A stretch of DNA of 33,181 nucleotides, taken from positions 1-33,181 of the forward strand of contig CAYTXX010000004.1 of the NCBI GenBank assembly GCA_964442165.1. The letters are read 5' to 3'. Origin of the DNA: an uncultured Desulfurococcaceae archaeon (lineage in GTDB: Archaea; Thermoproteota; Thermoprotei_A; Sulfolobales; NBVN01). Of the stretch, positions 25,046 through 33,181 are shown one piece after another (position 1 is the first letter of the stretch; each line of letters begins with the position of its first letter). A program made the position numbers and the translations under genes. Under the pieces are notes generated by a model that was not told the DNA's origin, made no database searches, and saw nothing but the letters and a program-made list of their open reading frames with translations.

Positions 25046-26975
25046 TTTAAGTAAGGTACTCTTAAGTAGACCTGATGTAGCTGTAGGTGTACTCATAGTA
25101 GTGCCGAGGGACCTCTCCGAGGAGATTACTGAGCTCCTAGTTAGGGAGGGGGTTATCGAGCCGCGGGTTCTCGAAGCCGGTAACCCGCTGATTAGGGAGT
25201 TAGAGAACTACGTAACACTACTTGAAGAAGCTAAGAAGGTTTACGAATACCTTGAGTCCAACTTAGAGAGGAAGACCGTAGTTAAGGTGGAGGTGCTCCC
25301 GGAGTCTACTAAGAAAACCCTCGGGAACCTACTTGTAGAACTTAGGAAAGTTTATGAGGAGGTTAGCTCACTCAATAATTTAATCGCTAGTTACGAGAAT
25401 CGGCTCACTACCACCCTACTCATTAAGGAGATATCGGAGGACGTCCTTAGGAGGTACCCCGATGGGTTTGTATCCTTAGTTCACTATACCGGTAAGTACG
25501 TAGCTATTAGAACTCTAGTAGTTCCAGAGAGTTCCGTAGAGCAAATAAAGAGCTTAGCTCTCGAGGTAATAGCTGAGCTAAGACACGATAAGAAGGTCGT
25601 ACTAACCTGTGCCTTCAGTTCAGAGAGGCTTTCGGAAGTCCTAAGTAGCCTACCTGAGGAGTCCCTAATTCTAGAACCGGAAGTAAGCTCGGAAACCACC
25701 TTAGAGAGCTATGTCAGTAACCTGGAGTCTAGGCTAGCTGAGCTATCTAAGAGCGTAGAAAGCCTTAAGTTAAGAAAGAGGGAGATACTGGAGTCTAAAA
25801 TAAGGGACCTAGCTCTACTTAAGGCTATAGTTGAGAGCGAGTACGAGAGGCTTAAGGTACTTAAGGGGGCTACTGGGTCTAGATACACCGTAGCTATATC
25901 AGGTTGGATCCTAAAGTCTAAGCTTAAGTCTGTTCTCAACTCCCTCAGTAGCTACCCGGTCTACATAGTTACATCAGAGGACGAGAACCCACCAGTAGAC
26001 TTCGACAACCTAAAGCCCTTTAAACCGTTCGAGCTCATAACAGAGCTATACGGAATTCCTACACACTATGAGTGGGATCCGACACCACTACTAGCCTACT
26101 CCTTCCTACTCTTCTATTCCCTAATGATGGCTGATGTAGGCTATGGCCTAGGCATAGTGATAGCTACTAGGTACCTTCTCCCCAAGTTCGTCAACGACCC
26201 AGAGTCGCCAGGCTTCAGAAGACTTCAAAAGATACTATATGTCGGTGGATTGCTGAGCGCTGTAGTTGGTTTAATAGCTAAGAGCTTCCTAGGGTCGCTA
26301 CTAGGTAAGTACGTACCTATCGAAAGACCCTTAATAGACGTTGGAAGCGTAGTAAGCTTAGTGGGCGTAAGCTTAGCTATAGGCTATGCCTTCACATTCC
26401 TCTCGCACTCTATAGCCCTAGCTAAGAGTATTAAGTTAAGCAGAACATTCGACGCGGTATTCGAAGCAGGAATACTGCTGCTTATGTCTGGAGGGCCCTT
26501 TGTGGTATCTAAAGCTTTTAACTTAGCGTTCCTCAGCGTGACGGAGGGGGTCTACAGGATATCGCTAGTTCTAACACTAGCAGGGCTTGCTATGGTAATA
26601 CTCTCGAGGTTAAAGACTATGGGTGGTGTTGGAGGCTTCCTATGGCTCTTTGACGTAGTTGGTATAACTGGTGATGTCTTCTCCTACATTAGGATAGCTG
26701 GTATAGCTGGTGGCACAGCTCTCCTAGCCGAGCTCTTCAATGGAGTGATAGCTTACATCTACGAATTCCTTGGGAGCATTAACTTGATAGCTGGAGTTCT
26801 CCTGGGGGTTCTAGCACTCGTACTCTTACATACCTTCAATTTAGCTCTCTCAGCTGTTAGCCCGTTTATACACTCTCTAAGGTTATGCCTCTTCGAGATA
26901 TCCTCAAAGTTCTATGAGGGGCGGGGACGCAGGCTGAAGCCTGTTAGGGTGTTCTTAGGCAAGGTCATGGTTTAA
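25023..26975 (+). CDS. atpI: A1AO ATP synthase subunit I (a-subunit, stator of the membrane sector)
   Basis: 650 aa. The ~330-aa N-terminal half is hydrophilic and coiled-coil rich. The C-terminal half is polytopic with the conserved SYIRIAG... arginine-containing helix. TTG start overlapping atpH by 23 nt. Confidence 0.8.
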   Translation: MPGSALSDLSKVLLSRPDVAVGVLIVVPRDLSEEITELLVREGVIEPRVLEAGNPLIRELENYVTLLEEAKKVYEYLESNLERKTVVKVEVLPESTKKTLGNLLVELRKVYEEVSSLNNLIASYENRLTTTLLIKEISEDVLRRYPDGFVSLVHYTGKYVAIRTLVVPESSVEQIKSLALEVIAELRHDKKVVLTCAFSSERLSEVLSSLPEESLILEPEVSSETTLESYVSNLESRLAELSKSVESLKLRKREILESKIRDLALLKAIVESEYERLKVLKGATGSRYTVAISGWILKSKLKSVLNSLSSYPVYIVTSEDENPPVDFDNLKPFKPFELITELYGIPTHYEWDPTPLLAYSFLLFYSLMMADVGYGLGIVIATRYLLPKFVNDPESPGFRRLQKILYVGGLLSAVVGLIAKSFLGSLLGKYVPIERPLIDVGSVVSLVGVSLAIGYAFTFLSHSIALAKSIKLSRTFDAVFEAGILLLMSGGPFVVSKAFNLAFLSVTEGVYRISLVLTLAGLAMVILSRLKTMGGVGGFLWLFDVVGITGDVFSYIRIAGIAGGTALLAELFNGVIAYIYEFLGSINLIAGVLLGVLALVLLHTFNLALSAVSPFIHSLRLCLFEISSKFYEGRGRRLKPVRVFLGKVMV

Positions 26976-27034
26976 TATAGAGAAGACCTTAAGCGATCGC
27001 TTATACAGGTATAAGTGAACGTCGACTATCATAT

Positions 27035-27047
27035 AAGTTTTATATAC
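27035..27047 (+). promoter_or_regulatory. Strong TATA-like box (AAGTTTTATATAC) internal to the ATPase operon, upstream of atpK
   Basis: Lies in the only sizeable gap (102 bp) within the operon, 31-43 bp upstream of the ATG at 27078. A GAGGA motif lies about 7 nt upstream of the ATG. Confidence 0.4.
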
Positions 27048-27077
27048 TTTTTCCCCACATGGTGCTGAGGATCGCCT

Positions 27078-27575
27078 ATGGAGGTGGAAGCTCTTCAGCT
27101 ATCGCATATACTAGCGTACCTAGGCCCAGCCATAGCTGAGGCCCTAGCAGTAGCGGGTACTGCCCTAGGTATCAGGCCAGCTGCTTCAGTAGGACTCTCA
27201 GTAATAGCTGAGGAGCCAGTTATGAGAACCTTAGTACTACTTTTTGCCTTCTTCCCGGCAACCCAGACCTTAGTGTACGGTTTTGCGTTCATGTATTACA
27301 TGTACACCCAGTATTTGCCCTCGACGTTCGCTAAGTATGCTGGAGCTGTACCCTTAACGACGGCAGCGGCGTTTCTAGGAATCTCCCTCTTCGTTGGCTT
27401 AGCGGAACTGTTCTCAGCCTGGATGCAAGGAATAGTATGCGCTGATGCTATATCGCTGCTGGTCAAGACCCGGGGAGCCATATTCTCCATGGGTATAATC
27501 TTAGCAGCCTACGAGGAGCTGTTTGGGATGTTAGGTCTGGTCTTCGGCCTCATGGCGGTATCCCTGGTGGTATGA
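27078..27575 (+). CDS. atpK: A1AO ATP synthase subunit K (c/proteolipid), duplicated four-helix form
   Basis: 165 aa made of two tandem helical hairpins. Hairpin 2 carries AAYEELFGMLGL (E146/E147). The equivalent helix in hairpin 1 reads FPATQTLVYGF (Q63) and has no acidic residue. Confidence 0.8.
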   Translation: MEVEALQLSHILAYLGPAIAEALAVAGTALGIRPAASVGLSVIAEEPVMRTLVLLFAFFPATQTLVYGFAFMYYMYTQYLPSTFAKYAGAVPLTTAAAFLGISLFVGLAELFSAWMQGIVCADAISLLVKTRGAIFSMGIILAAYEELFGMLGLVFGLMAVSLVV

Positions 27576-27579
27576 GGTA

Positions 27580-28179
27580 ATGAGTGAGGCTAGGGCTTTA
27601 AGGGAGGCTGTAATTAAGAAAGCCCTTGAGGAGGCTGAGGCCATAGTTCGGAGAGCTGAAGAGGAGGGTAGGAGACTAGTAAGAGAGGCTGAGGAGAAGA
27701 AGAAGGCAATAATAGAGGAGGAGAGGAAGAGGACCCTAGCAGGGTTAGGCTACGAGGCTAGGATAGCTGAAGCTAAGCTAAGGGCTAGGCTGATAGTTAG
27801 CAAAGCTAAGTCAGACCTACTTAACTCCGTTATCTCTAAAGCTGTAGATATCCTGAGGTCCCTACCCCCCAACCTTAGGTTAGAGTCCCTTAGGAAGCTA
27901 GCTGAGGAGTCCCTAGATAACGCCATAGCGAGCCTAGGTACTGTAAGGAAGCTGGTAATCTACGTAGCTGAGCAAGATGCAGAGTTAGCTAGGGATGCTA
28001 TAGCCTGCATAAGCAGAGAGAGAGGTATTGAGCTAGAGCTTAGGAGTTCTAAGATCCTCGGTGGGGTCGTAGTAGAGGAGCCTGAAAGCGGTGTTACCAT
28101 AGATAACAGCTTCGATAGTAGGCTCTCCAGAGCGGTCTCCAGGCTTAAGAAGGACCTACTAGAGGAGGTGCTTCTGTGA
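27580..28179 (+). CDS. atpE: A1AO ATP synthase subunit E (peripheral stalk)
   Basis: 199 aa. Long N-terminal E/K/R/A-rich helix and a globular C-terminus ending ...IDNSFDSRL. Position in the operon supports the call. Confidence 0.75.
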   Translation: MSEARALREAVIKKALEEAEAIVRRAEEEGRRLVREAEEKKKAIIEEERKRTLAGLGYEARIAEAKLRARLIVSKAKSDLLNSVISKAVDILRSLPPNLRLESLRKLAEESLDNAIASLGTVRKLVIYVAEQDAELARDAIACISRERGIELELRSSKILGGVVVEEPESGVTIDNSFDSRLSRAVSRLKKDLLEEVLL

Positions 28180-29033
28180 AGCCATCTAAGGAGCTCTCCA
28201 TAGGCTTACTTCAAATCCTACTTGCGAGACCTCCAAAGCTTGAGGAGCTCCTAGACTACGCAGTTAAGGAAGTAGAATTAGGTGCTGATTACCTAGCCCG
28301 CCTACCTGGGTTTAGGTCTTACTTACTTAGCTTCCTGGAGGCCAAGTCCTACGAAGATGCCGATAGAGTACTCTACGAGGCTCTCTCAACTGAGCTACGC
28401 ATCCTGGAGAGTTTCCTCCCCAAGAGCTACTTAGAGTTCCTGAGAGCTTTCCTCGAGCTCTACTATATCGACTACATAACTCTAAGCCTTGCTAGAGCAC
28501 CTGGAGAGATACCCGACCTCGCTAAAGCTATCATAGTTAAGCTCTCTGGAGTTACTAGCTTAAGCTCACTAGTTGTAGAGTACTCTAGGTGTACTTCCAG
28601 GAACGTAAGGTGCGCTTTAATGAGGTACTTAGAGAGGGTTAGGAGCTCCTACACTAAGCTTGGAGAACCTGGGTCAAGGGCTTTAGATGCAGTAAAGGCT
28701 TTAATAGCCGTAAGGTACTTCAACTACTACAGAAACGCTAAACTCTTAGGCTTAAAGCTAGAGGAACTTGAGAAGGTACTAGCTGAAGTAGGTATAAACC
28801 CAGTTGTAGAAGTATCTCTAAGGAGGGTCCTAGAGAGGTTGGAGAAGTTGGAGGAGGCTAAGCTCGCTAGGTACACAGTACACGAGGCATCGGCTACCTA
28901 CCCCTTACTGAAGGAGCTACTAGCATACTCTGGAGGTCTTGCTAACATACTAACGCTCTACCTCGTGAATAGGTACTACGAGCTTAAGGTTTTGAGATAC
29001 TCCCTCTTACCTAAGAGCTTAAGGAGGTGGTAG
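28176..29033 (+). CDS. atpC: A1AO ATP synthase subunit C (V-type d-like)
   Basis: 285-aa helical protein. GTGA start/stop overlap with atpE. The assignment rests mainly on operon position. Confidence 0.6.
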   Translation: MKPSKELSIGLLQILLARPPKLEELLDYAVKEVELGADYLARLPGFRSYLLSFLEAKSYEDADRVLYEALSTELRILESFLPKSYLEFLRAFLELYYIDYITLSLARAPGEIPDLAKAIIVKLSGVTSLSSLVVEYSRCTSRNVRCALMRYLERVRSSYTKLGEPGSRALDAVKALIAVRYFNYYRNAKLLGLKLEELEKVLAEVGINPVVEVSLRRVLERLEKLEEAKLARYTVHEASATYPLLKELLAYSGGLANILTLYLVNRYYELKVLRYSLLPKSLRRW

Positions 29034-29380
29034 GTACGGCTACACCTAAGAAGCTCAAGGTCGTAGCTGTCGTATCTAGAGAACTTGTTCCCCTAATGAA
29101 GGTACTATCCATAGCTGAGGTCTATAGTGTGGAGGGGTCTCAGGAGCTGACCGGGCTTATAGAGGACCTAGCTAGAAGAGGTGATGTGGGTGTGATCCTA
29201 GTGCAGAGGAGCCTCTTAGGAAGGGTTAAACTCCCAGAGGAGATGAGGGAGGCTTTGTGGCCTATAGTAGTCGAGTTCCCGGATAGGTTAGCAGACCTAA
29301 GCTTAAGCCCGGAGCTTTTCTATAGGGAACTAGTCCGTAAGTTCATAGGTTACGAGATACATATAGGGGTGGGAGGTTGA
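29027..29380 (+). CDS. atpF: A1AO ATP synthase subunit F
   Basis: 117 aa. KVVAVVSRELVPLMKV...GVILV pattern typical of subunit F. Overlaps atpC by 7 nt and atpA by 4 nt. Confidence 0.7.
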   Translation: MVGTATPKKLKVVAVVSRELVPLMKVLSIAEVYSVEGSQELTGLIEDLARRGDVGVILVQRSLLGRVKLPEEMREALWPIVVEFPDRLADLSLSPELFYRELVRKFIGYEIHIGVGG

Positions 29381-31149
29381 GTGGAACTGTTGGTAGGATA
29401 TACAGAGTGGCTGGTCCACTGGTAGTTGCCGAGGGGCTTTCGAAGGTTATGATGTACGAAGTGGTGAGGGTCGGGAACGAAGGGCTCATAGGTGAGGTAA
29501 TAGCCATAAGGGGTGATAGGGTCTACATACAGGTTTACGAGGAGACCTCTGGACTGACCGTTGGGGAGAGAGTAGAGGCTACAGGGAGGCCTCTTTCAGC
29601 TGAGTTGGGGCCCGGCTTAGTAGGCTCCATATACGATGGCCTTCAAAGGCCGGAGAAGGAGATAGGTTCGAGAACTAGGAGCATCTTCATTAAGCGCGGC
29701 ATATACTTCCCACCTCTAAGTAGGAGCGTGAAGTGGGGTTATACAAGGAATAGAGAGGTTAAGGTTGGCGATAAGGTCGAGCCTGGAGACGTACTAGGGT
29801 ACGTTAAGGAGACCCCTCTAGTGGAGCACAGAATAATGGTGCCCCCAGATGTCAGGGGTTACGTAAAGTGGTTGGCTGACGATGGCGAGTACGTAGTAGA
29901 GGATACTATAGCTGTAGTATCCTCCGAGGGTGTGAATACCGAGGTTAAGATGTACCAGCTCTGGCCTATTAGAAGGCCTAGACCCTACCTAGAGAAGCTA
30001 AATCCAGTAAAGCCTCTTGTAACCGGTATTAGAGTGATAGACTACGTATTCCCTATAGCTAAGGGAGGTAAGGCAGCCATACCTGGAGGCTTCGGTACCG
30101 GTAAGACCGTTGCCCTACAGGAGATAACTAAGTGGAGCGATGCCGACATAGCCATATACGTAGGTTGCGGTGAGAGAGGTAACGAGATGTCTGACGCCCT
30201 GACGAGCTTCATGAAGCTTAACGACCCTAGGAGGGGGAGGCCTATGATGGAGAGGTCCGTGTTCATAGCTAACACCAGTAATATGCCGGTAGCCGCTCGG
30301 GAGACGAGCGTGTTCCTAGGGGTTACTATAGGTGAGTACTTCAGGGACATGGGCTACGACGTGGTTATGGTAGCTGATTCCACCAGTAGGTGGGCTGAGG
30401 CTATGAGGGAGATTAGTGGTAGGATGGAGGAGATGCCGGGTGAGGAGGGATTCCCAGCATACCTCTCTAGTAGGTTAGCTGAGTTCTACGAGAGAGCCGG
30501 TAGGGTTAGAGCCCTCGGTAGACCCGAGAGGTACGGTAGTCTAACGATCTTCGGTGCAGTCTCACCTCCTGGTGGGGACTTCAGCGAGCCCGTAGTTAGG
30601 TCCACTGTTAGGTACGTTCAGTGCTTCTACGCTCTGGATTACGGGTTAGCTACTAGGAGGCACTTCCCAGCGATTAACTGGTTAGTTAGCTACAGCCTCT
30701 ACACGGACTTCGTTAGGGAGTACTGGGATAGTGTAACTCACTGGAGTATCTACAGGGAGACTGCTCTGAAGATCTTACAGCGCGAGGCCGAGCTTAGCGA
30801 TATCGTAAGGCTCGTAGGCCCTGAGGCGCTACCTGAGGAGGATAAGCTAGTTTTAGAGATAGCTAGGATGATCAGGGAGGACTTCCTTCAGCAGAGCGCT
30901 CTAAACCCTGTAGATGCCTACTCTCCACCAGAGAAGGGGGCTCTGATCATGGAGGCTATTATGGAGTTCTACTCCCTAGCTAGGAGGGTCCTCACTAAAG
31001 GTATACCGGTAGCTAAGCTTAGAGAGCTTAAGTGTAGAGCTCAAATAGCTCAGATGAAGTACTACACCCTAGATGTACTGAGGGATAAGGTGTATCCTGA
31101 GCTTGTAAGCACTATGAAGTCGGAGTTTGAGAAACTTCTAGGTGGTTGA
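29377..31149 (+). CDS. atpA: A1AO ATP synthase catalytic subunit A
   Basis: 590 aa. [16 protein letters not shown]-terminus, Walker [19 protein letters not shown]. No intein-sized insertion. Confidence 0.92.
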   Translation: MSGTVGRIYRVAGPLVVAEGLSKVMMYEVVRVGNEGLIGEVIAIRGDRVYIQVYEETSGLTVGERVEATGRPLSAELGPGLVGSIYDGLQRPEKEIGSRTRSIFIKRGIYFPPLSRSVKWGYTRNREVKVGDKVEPGDVLGYVKETPLVEHRIMVPPDVRGYVKWLADDGEYVVEDTIAVVSSEGVNTEVKMYQLWPIRRPRPYLEKLNPVKPLVTGIRVIDYVFPIAKGGKAAIPGGFGTGKTVALQEITKWSDADIAIYVGCGERGNEMSDALTSFMKLNDPRRGRPMMERSVFIANTSNMPVAARETSVFLGVTIGEYFRDMGYDVVMVADSTSRWAEAMREISGRMEEMPGEEGFPAYLSSRLAEFYERAGRVRALGRPERYGSLTIFGAVSPPGGDFSEPVVRSTVRYVQCFYALDYGLATRRHFPAINWLVSYSLYTDFVREYWDSVTHWSIYRETALKILQREAELSDIVRLVGPEALPEEDKLVLEIARMIREDFLQQSALNPVDAYSPPEKGALIMEAIMEFYSLARRVLTKGIPVAKLRELKCRAQIAQMKYYTLDVLRDKVYPELVSTMKSEFEKLLGG

Positions 31150-32558
31150 GGTTAATGGAAGGGCTACCTGCAATTAGGTCTACTAGGAACATAATTGGAG
31201 TCCGCGGGTCCCTACTCTTCGTTAAGGCTATTGGAGGTATTAGGTACGGTGAGCTTGTTGAGGTATCCCTAGACGGTACGTTGATACTAGGGCAGGTGAT
31301 CGACGTAAGTAGGGATGTAGCTGTGATTCAGGTATTCGGCAGTACTGCTGGTGTAGCGCCGGGTAGAACCGCGGTTAAGTTCTACGGGGATACGCTACGT
31401 ATTCCAGTATCGTCGGACATGCTTGGTAGGATCTTCGATGGCCTAGGGAGACCTATCGATGGGGGGCCTCCAATAGTACCCGAGGACTACCTAGACATCT
31501 ACGGGGCTCCTCTAAACCCGGCTCTCAGGATCCCGCCTTCAGAGCCCATTGAAACGGGTATATCGGTAATTGACGGTCTCCTAACCCTTGTAAGAGGTCA
31601 GAAGCTACCTATATTCAGCGGCTCCGGGCTACCTCACAATAGGATCGCCATGCAGGTAGTTAGGCAGGCTTCGGTTAGAGGTTCTGGAGAGAGCTTCGTA
31701 GTTGTTTTCGGAGCTATAGGAGTTACGTACGAGGAGGCTGCTTACTTCCTGAGGGAGCTAAGGTCTATGGGAGCCCTAGATAGAACTATAGCCTTCATAG
31801 CCCCTGCATCAGCTTCGACCGTTGAGAAGCTAGCCCTACCTAGGACTGCTCTAACAGTAGCCGAGTTCATGGCGTGGAACTACGATGCCCATGTGCTAAC
31901 GATTCTAACCGACATGACTAACTACTGCGAAGCTCTGAGAGAGCTTTCAGCAGCACGTGAAGAGGTCCCAGGTAGGAGGGGCTACCCAGGCTACATGTAC
32001 ACGGACCTAGCAACGATATACGAGAGAGCTGGGAGGGTTGTAGGTAGGAAGGGAAGCATGACCATAATGCCCATACTAACTATGCCTGACGACGACATAA
32101 CCCACCCAATACCGGACCTTACCGGCTACATTACAGAGGGTCAGATAGTCCTATCGAGGGACATGTGGCGTAAGGGTATATATCCACCAGTAGATGTGTT
32201 CCTATCCCTCTCTAGGTTAATGAAGGAGGGTATAGGTAGCGGTAAGACTAGAGAAGACCATAGGGAGCTGTTCTCGCAACTTATATCAGCCTACGCCGAG
32301 GCTCAGTACCTTAGGGAGCTATCGGCAATAGTTGGGACAGAGTCCCTAACAGCGCGTGATAGGAGGTACCTAGAGTTTGCAGACCTCTTCGAGAAGAGGT
32401 TCATAAACCAAGGAGAGTACGAGAGGAGGGACTTCGAAGAGACCTTAGACATAGGCTGGGAAATACTGTCAGTACTACCTGAGGAGGAGCTGAAGCAGAT
32501 AAGCCCGCAGACCTTGAGAAGGTACCACCCAAGGTACCGTCCAGCCTCCGGAGGTTAG
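31146..32558 (+). CDS. atpB: A1AO ATP synthase regulatory subunit B
   Basis: 470 aa. [47 protein letters not shown]. The TTG start overlaps the atpA stop; the ATG at 31155 is an alternative start. Confidence 0.92.
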   Translation: MRLMEGLPAIRSTRNIIGVRGSLLFVKAIGGIRYGELVEVSLDGTLILGQVIDVSRDVAVIQVFGSTAGVAPGRTAVKFYGDTLRIPVSSDMLGRIFDGLGRPIDGGPPIVPEDYLDIYGAPLNPALRIPPSEPIETGISVIDGLLTLVRGQKLPIFSGSGLPHNRIAMQVVRQASVRGSGESFVVVFGAIGVTYEEAAYFLRELRSMGALDRTIAFIAPASASTVEKLALPRTALTVAEFMAWNYDAHVLTILTDMTNYCEALRELSAAREEVPGRRGYPGYMYTDLATIYERAGRVVGRKGSMTIMPILTMPDDDITHPIPDLTGYITEGQIVLSRDMWRKGIYPPVDVFLSLSRLMKEGIGSGKTREDHRELFSQLISAYAEAQYLRELSAIVGTESLTARDRRYLEFADLFEKRFINQGEYERRDFEETLDIGWEILSVLPEEELKQISPQTLRRYHPRYRPASGG

Positions 32559-32565
32559 CTAAAGC

Positions 32566-33181
32566 ATGAGCTCTGGAGAAATCATAAAAATATCCAGACC
32601 CACGAAGATAGAGCTGATAAGGTTAAGGCGTAGGCTACTACTCGCTAGAAGGTTGCATAGGATCCTCAGGGATAGGCTAACTCTTCTAGTCCAGGAGTTC
32701 TACATAGCTCTAAGGAGGGCCTACGAGCTGAGGACTAAGCTAAACAAACTCCTTACTGAGATATACTCAAGCTACTACATCGCTCTGAGAATACACGGCT
32801 ACGAGCACCTAGACTGGGTATCAGGCGATACATCGGTAGGGGTCGAGGTTACAGCTTCAACTAGAAACGCTATGGGGGTGGTAGTACCCATGCTAGAGCT
32901 TAGGGGTACCTACCCTAGCTCGGTCCTAGTACCCGTAGAGCTTTACGAGGTTCAGCTGAAGAGGGCTGAGCTCCTGGAGACAGTAGTACTCCTAGCTGAG
33001 TACGAGAAGGCTCTAGTCCTACTAGGTACTGAAATAGCTAGAACTAGGAGAAAGGTAATGATGCTGGAGAAGGTCCTAATACCTAGGATTATGAAGACCA
33101 TAGCTTACCTTAAGATGAAGTTCGATGAAGCAGAAAGGGAGGAGAAGGTTAGGATGATACGAACTAAGAGCTTCCTAGAGA
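32566..33181 (+). CDS. atpD: A1AO ATP synthase subunit D (central stalk); 5' partial, continues beyond the window
   Basis: My own translation from the ATG at 32566 is open to the end of the window. It reads MSSGEIIKISRPTKIELIRLRRRLLLARRLHRILRDRLTLLVQEF..., matching the PT..eL..lk.rl.lA..Gh.LLk.Kr pattern of subunit D. It is not in the ORF track because no stop codon lies in the window. Confidence 0.8.
   Translation, partial: MSSGEIIKISRPTKIELIRLRRRLLLARRLHRILRDRLTLLVQEFYIALRRAYELRTKLNKLLTEIYSSYYIALRIHGYEHLDWVSGDTSVGVEVTASTRNAMGVVVPMLELRGTYPSSVLVPVELYEVQLKRAELLETVVLLAEYEKALVLLGTEIARTRRKVMMLEKVLIPRIMKTIAYLKMKFDEAEREEKVRMIRTKSFLE

Noticed and set aside
26990-27003. Perfect 14-bp palindrome TAAGCGATCGCTTA just after the atpI stop.
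   Set aside because: A perfect 7-bp-arm palindrome is expected about twice by chance in 33 kb. With no spacer it cannot form a stable RNA hairpin. I therefore do not call it a terminator or an operator.
21535-32558. Inteins in nrdJ, atpA or atpB, which are frequent intein hosts in archaea.
   Set aside because: The protein lengths (835, 590 and 470 aa) and the uninterrupted conserved motifs leave no room for an intein-sized insertion.
1-33181. CRISPR arrays, transposases or IS elements, toxin-antitoxin pairs and restriction-modification or other defence genes.
   Set aside because: I saw no regularly spaced direct repeats and no ORFs with recognisable signatures of these families. Every ORF longer than 150 aa has a housekeeping or transport assignment or a conserved-hypothetical character.

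Overview
This is a dense, housekeeping-type chromosomal segment that reads as a hyperthermophilic crenarchaeon. A Desulfurococcales-like origin is my inference, not a search result. I support about 33 protein genes and one intron-containing tRNA.

Gene content in order:
- 3' end of a 2-hydroxyacid dehydrogenase
- two salvage phosphoribosyltransferases (NAPRT, upp)
- tRNA-Glu(CUC)
- threonine dehydratase
- an AglH-type GlcNAc-1-P transferase
- a three-gene pterin (methanopterin-type) biosynthesis operon: DUF447, MptE-like kinase, beta-RFAP synthase
- an OPT-family transporter translationally coupled to an orphan FtsX-like membrane protein
- a KH/NusA-like protein and aspS
- ribosomal protein L40e, which is absent from the ORF track
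- a CDF transporter, a THUMP-like protein plus an 81-aa protein, and AMMECR1
- a class-V aminotransferase and a D-aminoacylase
- the complete CdvA-CdvB-CdvC division locus
- class II (B12) ribonucleotide reductase and a DUF61/UPF0216-like protein
- a complete A1AO ATP synthase operon in the order H-I-K-E-C-F-A-B-D, with D running off the window

I see no CRISPR array, transposase, integrase or other mobile element, and no intein in nrdJ, atpA or atpB. I do not see convincing evidence for a wholly new multi-gene system.

The points most worth a second look are:
- a duplicated 4-helix c-subunit (atpK) with only one carboxylate-bearing hairpin
- the OPT/FtsX-like gene pair, which has no ATPase partner
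- an in-frame TAG in the conserved N-terminus of threonine dehydratase
- an operator-like palindrome abutting the nrdJ start codon
- two unusually long non-coding gaps (4813-5137 and 14867-15083)
- visible CTAG enrichment

First genes of transcription units carry TATA-like boxes about 30-40 bp upstream of the start codon, which implies leaderless or near-leaderless mRNAs. Operon-internal genes overlap or have SD-like GGAGG motifs. GTG and TTG starts are very common. All functional calls come from motif and family recognition by eye; no database search was run.
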